In this document: positions 59,048 to 64,000 of the stretch, one piece after another
How positions within the stretch are numbered: position 1 is the stretch's first letter
Layout: the number at the start of each line of letters is the position of its first letter
Source: Pseudomonadota bacterium
GTDB lineage: Bacteria; Myxococcota; JACRCW01; JAFGSX01
Length of the DNA: 64,000 bases
Direction: 5' to 3'
NCBI GenBank assembly: GCA_043821645.1
Contig: JBDRCO010000044.1
Coordinates: 23,692-87,691, forward strand
Translations under genes and position numbers: made by a program
The notes under the pieces: generated by a model
Told to the model about the DNA's origin: nothing
Database searches by the model: none
What the model saw: the letters and a program-made list of their open reading frames with translations, nothing else

Positions 59048-61354
59048 ATGGCTGCGCACGACCGGAGCATTCAAGACCAGACCAGGGCCGTCGCAGCACG
59101 CCTGGTCGCGCTCTTGGGCGCAGCAGCCCTGGTGACATGGCCCGCCTGCCCGTTCGAGCCAGTGGCCCCCTCGCGCTGCGTCAGCAACGACAGCTGTCCC
59201 AGTGCCTTCCAGTGCGTCGACGGCTTCTGTGTCAGCCCGGACGCGGCCTGGCTGCTGGACGGTGGTGGCGGTGACGGCCAGGTGGTTCAGCTCGATGGTG
59301 GCGTTCGGGACAGGACGTCTGCCGGGGATGGCCCGGACGGAGGTGAGCGCGACGTGGGCGGTGGGAGCGATCTCATCGTCGCAGATCACTCGGGTCGGTC
59401 GGACCGGTTCGCGACGGACGCCATCGACGCCAGCGATGGGGGCGCAGAATGCGATCCGTTGCAGTGCCCGCCGCACCCCTCACCTTGTGTGGTACCCACA
59501 TGCTCGAACAGCGCCTGCAGCTTCACCACGGCGGCGGATGGCACGCCCTGCGATGACGGCTTCTGTCGGCTGGCGCAGTGCGTACCGTCCTGTGAGATTG
59601 GCGGCGTTCTGGTCGATGAGGGGAGTGTGCAGCCAGGCTCCCCCTGTCGCGCCTGTCGGCCCGAGCTCGACCGCTCGGGCTACAGGGACCGCGACGACGG
59701 CAGTGACTGCGACGACGGCCTGCTGTGCACCGGCGCCGACACCTGTAGCGGCGGGGTGTGCGTCTCCGCGGGCGACCCCTGTCCGGGCCTGGGGGGCCTG
59801 CCGCACTGCAACGAGGCCCTGGGCCAGTGCGTGGGTTGCCTGGGCGTCCAGCACTGCGTGGACGATAACCGTGTCTGCACCACCACGCAGTGCAACGCCC
59901 TGGGCCAGTGCGAGTACGTCAACAACAGCGCGACCTGCGATGACGGTGAGTTCTGCACTGGCAGCGACACCTGCGGCGGTGGGGACTGTAGCCTGCATCA
60001 GTATGCGGGGGACGGGCGCTGCAGCGGCGGCACACCCTACTGCGACGAGGTCCATGACCGCTGTGTCGAGTGCCGGAGCCCTGGCGACTGTACCGACGAC
60101 GGCAACCCTTGCACCACCACGGCCTGCACCGATGGCGTGTGTGCCCACGACAACAACAGCTCCGGTTGCACGGACACGCTGTGGTGCACGGGCACGGATA
60201 CCTGCGGCAGCGGCACCTGCTCCGTCCATCAATACGCTGGGAACGCGCGCTGTGGCAGTGGCACGCCTTACTGCGACGAGGTCAACGACCGCTGCGTGCA
60301 GTGCCTGGTTGCTGGCAACTGCAGCGACGATGGAAACGTCTGCACCAGCACGGCCTGCACCAATGGCAGCTGCCAGCACAACAACAACACTGCGAGCTGC
60401 AACGACGATCTGTGGTGCACAGGCAGTGACGTGTGCAGCAGTGGTGGCTGCTCCAGCCACCAGTTCATCGGCGATGGACGCTGCTCGAGCCCCACGCCCT
60501 ACTGTGACGAGGCCAACGATCGCTGCGTGCAGTGCCGGACCGCGGCGGATTGTCTGGACGACACGAACGTGTGCACCACCAAGGTGTGCAGCAGTGGCAG
60601 CTGCGGGCAGAGCGACAACACGGCGAGCTGCAACGACACGCTGTGGTGCAACGGCACCGATACCTGCAGCGGCGGCGGCTGCTTGGTTCATCAGTATACG
60701 GGCAATGCGATCTGCTCGGCCGTGCCCTATCGCCCCACCTGCAACGACACCTCCGACCGCTGCGACTGCACTGCCTCGCCCGACAGCTGCCCGGTCAACT
60801 ACGCCTGCTACAACGCCACCGGCCGCTGTCGCAGGACGCAAACCTTCATCCTCGCCAATGCCAACCAGGATGGGTACCAGGACCCCTACAGCGCCAACCA
60901 GGTGCTGATCGCCTACAACTGGATGAGCCTGGGCAGCTCGAGCCACGTCGGCGGACTGCGCTTCCAGCTCGTCGACATCCCGCAGGGGGCGATCATCCGC
61001 AGCGCCGTGCTCCGCGTGTACATCGATTCTGCCGCCGAGGGAGACGCCGATGTCACCATCGCGATCCAGGACACGGCCAATGCGGCAGCCCTGGCCACCA
61101 CCGCCTACAACATCTCGAACCGCAGCTACCGAGCCACCACCCAGACATGGACAGCGACCCTGCCCGCCGCCTGGAACGACTCACCGGGCCTGCACGGCCT
61201 CGTGCAGGAGATCGTCAATCTGTCCGGTTGGGCCGCAGGGCAATCCATCCTTCTCAAGCTCGTCGACCCCGACGGCGGCTTCGAGTTCCGCCAGTACGAC
61301 TACCCCACGGCGGGGACCTACGCCGCGCGCCTCATCATCACCTACGAGCTGTGA
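59048..61354 (+). CDS. Cys-rich repeat secreted protein/lipoprotein with C-terminal DNRLRE-like beta domain
   Basis: Hydrophobic N-terminus ending WPAC; 77-aa 12-Cys repeats; C-terminal GLRF...IPQGAIIRSAVL, LVQEIV...GW, ARLIITY. Confidence 0.78.
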   Translation: MAAHDRSIQDQTRAVAARLVALLGAAALVTWPACPFEPVAPSRCVSNDSCPSAFQCVDGFCVSPDAAWLLDGGGGDGQVVQLDGGVRDRTSAGDGPDGGERDVGGGSDLIVADHSGRSDRFATDAIDASDGGAECDPLQCPPHPSPCVVPTCSNSACSFTTAADGTPCDDGFCRLAQCVPSCEIGGVLVDEGSVQPGSPCRACRPELDRSGYRDRDDGSDCDDGLLCTGADTCSGGVCVSAGDPCPGLGGLPHCNEALGQCVGCLGVQHCVDDNRVCTTTQCNALGQCEYVNNSATCDDGEFCTGSDTCGGGDCSLHQYAGDGRCSGGTPYCDEVHDRCVECRSPGDCTDDGNPCTTTACTDGVCAHDNNSSGCTDTLWCTGTDTCGSGTCSVHQYAGNARCGSGTPYCDEVNDRCVQCLVAGNCSDDGNVCTSTACTNGSCQHNNNTASCNDDLWCTGSDVCSSGGCSSHQFIGDGRCSSPTPYCDEANDRCVQCRTAADCLDDTNVCTTKVCSSGSCGQSDNTASCNDTLWCNGTDTCSGGGCLVHQYTGNAICSAVPYRPTCNDTSDRCDCTASPDSCPVNYACYNATGRCRRTQTFILANANQDGYQDPYSANQVLIAYNWMSLGSSSHVGGLRFQLVDIPQGAIIRSAVLRVYIDSAAEGDADVTIAIQDTANAAALATTAYNISNRSYRATTQTWTATLPAAWNDSPGLHGLVQEIVNLSGWAAGQSILLKLVDPDGGFEFRQYDYPTAGTYAARLIITYEL
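59936..60760 (+). repeat. Intragenic tandem repeat, 231-bp (77-aa) unit, three full copies plus a partial fourth
   Basis: Unit-initial Cys codons at 59936, 60167, 60398 and 60629, exactly 231 nt apart; shared TPYCDE..DRCV.C. Confidence 0.9.
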
Positions 61355-61492
61355 AGCGGCCCGACCGGGTTCGGCGGGGGCGTCATAACGCGCTGCGGCT
61401 GATGCGCAACCGCTGCGGTGCGCGCGCATCACACATCACCGCCAGGTCCGCCGGCAGCATTGAAACATCTAATTTAACGGTGGGTTACGAGT

Positions 61493-61508
61493 CGGCACGG
61501 GTCCTGCT
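61493..61508 (+). promoter_or_regulatory. Putative sigma54 -24/-12 promoter
   Basis: CGGCACGGGTCCTGCT (GG-N10-GC) 63 nt upstream of ATG 61572, preceded by AT-rich ATTGAAACATCTAATTTAA. Confidence 0.6.
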
Positions 61509-61571
61509 CAGGAATCCATCTGCAACGCGCACGGTGGCCATTCACCGGGGGCGCACAAGGAGGAGGAAGCC

Positions 61572-64000
61572 ATGAGGACCCGAGCACTCGCCAGCGCCCT
61601 GGCCCTGTGTAGCACGACGCTGCTGTGGGGCTGTCCCCAACAGGACGAGGACATCCTGGCCACGCTGACCATCAGCAAGACCGGAGCCCTGGTCACCGCC
61701 AATGGCCGCGTGCTGCGCGCCAAGGAAGCGCGCGAGTACGCGGGCCACACCCTGGAGCTGGTGCGCATCGATCGCGCGAAGCGACTGGAGCGCCTGCGCA
61801 ACGCCAACGGCGACGTGGTGCGCGAGCGCCAGGCCCAGGCCAGCGACGCCCAGGCCCAGAGCCAGGAGCGCAGCAATGGCGACGACTGCACCGTGTTCAC
61901 CGACGACAGCGGCGACCAGGTTGCCAACACCTGCGCGGTGCCGGCAGACCAGCTCGGCGACACCCGCTGCGAGCGCCTGGACACCACCGGCGCCGATGGC
62001 GTGGCCCTGGTGTGTGCGGTGTGTTACGCCGACAACGGCGACGTGGTCAGCCGTGAGTGCCACCCGGTTCTCCCGCAGGACCCCTGCCTTGACGGCAGTG
62101 CGGACTGCGCGCCGCCTCAGGGCTGCGACCCCAACAACCCCAACACCGACTGCATGCCGCCCCCGGTGTGTGACGATCGTTCCGATGGCAACTGCCTGCC
62201 TCCCCCGGTCGAGCAGTGCCGCGTGGCGCGCGAGGCAGACCAGACCTGCCGCGTGTGCGTCACCGCCGACGGCCAGACCTTCACCGAGTGCTGGGTGGAC
62301 CCGGATCCAGCGCGGTGCGAGGTGCTGACCACCGACGACGGCCTCGAGTGTGTGTACTGCTTTGACCAGAACGGGGAGGTGGTCGAGCGTTCGTGCCGGC
62401 CCGTGCCCTGCGAGCCCCAGCCCGGCGCCTGCTCCATGATGCCCGGTGGCTGCCAGAGCGACCGCGACTGCCCGCAAGGTCTGGCCTGCTTCGACGGTAC
62501 CTGCTGCACCTTCGACGCCACCAACACCTGCCCGCCGCCGCCGCCCCAGCGCTGCGAGGAGTTCATCACCGACGACGGCACCTTCTGCCGGGTCTGCTAC
62601 GACGAGGCCGGCAATGCCATCGAGCGCTTCTGCGAGACGGAGCCCCCGCCGCCGGTCGAGTGCCGCGAGTACCGCGAGCCCAACGGCCGCGTGTGCCTGA
62701 TCTGCGTCGACGCCGCAGGCAACATCGCGCGTCGCGAGTGCAGCGATCCCCCCTGTCCCATGGCCGACCTCAACCTGGCCTGCGCCGCCGCCGCCGACTG
62801 CCCGGCCGGTAGCACGTGCGAGAACGGCATCTGCATCTGGGACTGCGGTCCGCGCGAGTGCCGCCTGTTCCAGACGGCCAACGGCTACTTCTGCGAGATC
62901 TGCGGCGACCTCAATGGCGATGGGGTCGAGGACCTGAGCGATGCGCACTGCTACCCGCCGCCCATCGATCCCATCCGCTGTGAGGAGATAGCCTCGAGCA
63001 CCGGCGAGCGCTGCGTGGTGTGCTACGACCCGGCCGGTCAGGTCGTCGAGCGACGCTGCGAGGGCAATCCTGAGCCCCCGCGCTGCGTGGTGCAGCAGTC
63101 CGACGACGCCACGGGCGTGACCGACGCCGCCTGCGAGATCTGCTACGACCAGGCTGGCAACGTGGTCTACAACAGCTGCGCCCAGGTGCAGTGCTGGCGC
63201 GAGGAGCAGGTGGACCCGAACGGCGTGTTCGTGGTCTGCGAGGTCTGCGCCACGGATTCGGGTGAACTCTCTCGCTTCTGCCACGGCACGGGCTGCAACC
63301 CCGGCGACCCCAACACCGACTGCCCGCCGCCGCCGCAGACCTGCGAGCAGCGCGTCAACAGCGACGGTACCGTGTGCGTGATCTGCTACAACGACGACGG
63401 CACCGTGACCCAGGAGCGCTGCGAGGGCACCACCCCACCGCCCAGCGTCTGCGAGGAGCGCGCGAACTCGGCTGGAGAGCGCTGCTGGGTGTGCTACGAC
63501 GCGGCTGGCAACGTGACCGAGGAAGGCTGCCAGGGCGGCACCGAGCCCATCTGGTGCGAAGACGTCGCCACGTCCAGCAACGAGCTGTGCACCATCTGCC
63601 ACGACGGCTTCGGCAACGTGGTGTCGGACTCCTGCCGGCCCCCGCAGCAGTGCTGGACAGAGACCTACGTCGAGAACGGCCAGCAGCTCACCTGCGAGGT
63701 CTGCGCCGACGCGGCCGGCATCACCCGTCGCACCTGCGTCAATACCTGCTCCGACGCCACCGGCTGCCCGCAGACCCTGACCGCCTACATCGACCCGGTG
63801 CAGTGCGGCGGCAACCCCTGGGAGCGCAACAGCAGCACGGACCCCAACCTGGACCAGAACACGCAGGTTCGCGTTTGGCTCGAGAGCCTGGGCATCCCCG
63901 TGTTCAACATTCGCTTCGAGCGCGTGTACGACGAGGTGTGTGAGGCGTGCACCTGCCCGCGCGGTGACCGCCTGTTCGTCGAGACCACCGCCGAGGGCGC
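61572..64000 (+). CDS. Cys-rich repeat lipoprotein (>809 aa, runs off the window; not in the ORF track), paralog of 21049..22875
   Basis: RBS AGGAGG; MRTRALASALALCSTTLLWGC lipobox; frame open to 64000; about 13 four-Cys repeats; ends PVQCGGNPWER...CEACTCPRGDRLF. Confidence 0.85.
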   Translation, partial: MRTRALASALALCSTTLLWGCPQQDEDILATLTISKTGALVTANGRVLRAKEAREYAGHTLELVRIDRAKRLERLRNANGDVVRERQAQASDAQAQSQERSNGDDCTVFTDDSGDQVANTCAVPADQLGDTRCERLDTTGADGVALVCAVCYADNGDVVSRECHPVLPQDPCLDGSADCAPPQGCDPNNPNTDCMPPPVCDDRSDGNCLPPPVEQCRVAREADQTCRVCVTADGQTFTECWVDPDPARCEVLTTDDGLECVYCFDQNGEVVERSCRPVPCEPQPGACSMMPGGCQSDRDCPQGLACFDGTCCTFDATNTCPPPPPQRCEEFITDDGTFCRVCYDEAGNAIERFCETEPPPPVECREYREPNGRVCLICVDAAGNIARRECSDPPCPMADLNLACAAAADCPAGSTCENGICIWDCGPRECRLFQTANGYFCEICGDLNGDGVEDLSDAHCYPPPIDPIRCEEIASSTGERCVVCYDPAGQVVERRCEGNPEPPRCVVQQSDDATGVTDAACEICYDQAGNVVYNSCAQVQCWREEQVDPNGVFVVCEVCATDSGELSRFCHGTGCNPGDPNTDCPPPPQTCEQRVNSDGTVCVICYNDDGTVTQERCEGTTPPPSVCEERANSAGERCWVCYDAAGNVTEEGCQGGTEPIWCEDVATSSNELCTICHDGFGNVVSDSCRPPQQCWTETYVENGQQLTCEVCADAAGITRRTCVNTCSDATGCPQTLTAYIDPVQCGGNPWERNSSTDPNLDQNTQVRVWLESLGIPVFNIRFERVYDEVCEACTCPRGDRLFVETTAEG

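Noticed and set aside
59936-60760. CRISPR array
   Set aside because: Repeats are in-frame coding units of 231 bp with no constant repeat/unique spacer pattern, and there are no cas genes

Overview
High-GC bacterial DNA whose gene content points to Myxococcota/deltaproteobacteria (eps-type locus, MYXO-CTERM-like tails, FHA-sigma54 activator, many Cys-rich lipoproteins). Layout: 1-9056 is a translationally coupled Wzx/Wzy exopolysaccharide operon in the order of the Myxococcus eps locus (priming transferase, flippase, short OPX, putative beta-barrel, 56-aa ORF, single-domain response regulator, PCP, polymerase, GT2). It is followed by an ATP-grasp ligase, GH44 and GH5 hydrolases; iscS-thiI, thioredoxin and an MMPL transporter; an FHA-sigma54 activator next to a Cys-rich repeat lipoprotein; a cbiR-like/cobU/cobT/cobS cobamide-remodelling cluster; M48 peptidase, GH15-like protein, cytochrome c, folB and lon; two GNATs and four B12-binding radical SAM genes; a GAF-GGDEF cyclase; and several Cys-rich surface proteins, the last running off the window and absent from the ORF track. 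Best candidates for undescribed biology: (1) a putative sigma54 regulon of three lipoprotein genes sharing -24/-12 motifs and an upstream CGCATCAG element; (2) two paralogous lipoproteins built from a ~27-aa four-Cys repeat with a shared C-terminal domain; (3) a dispersed GNAT plus B12-radical-SAM cluster, possibly lipid-modifying, in the same window as cobamide remodelling genes; (4) recurrent leaderless gene starts. No tRNA, rRNA, CRISPR array or transposase was seen. All calls come from reading motifs by eye; no database searches were run.
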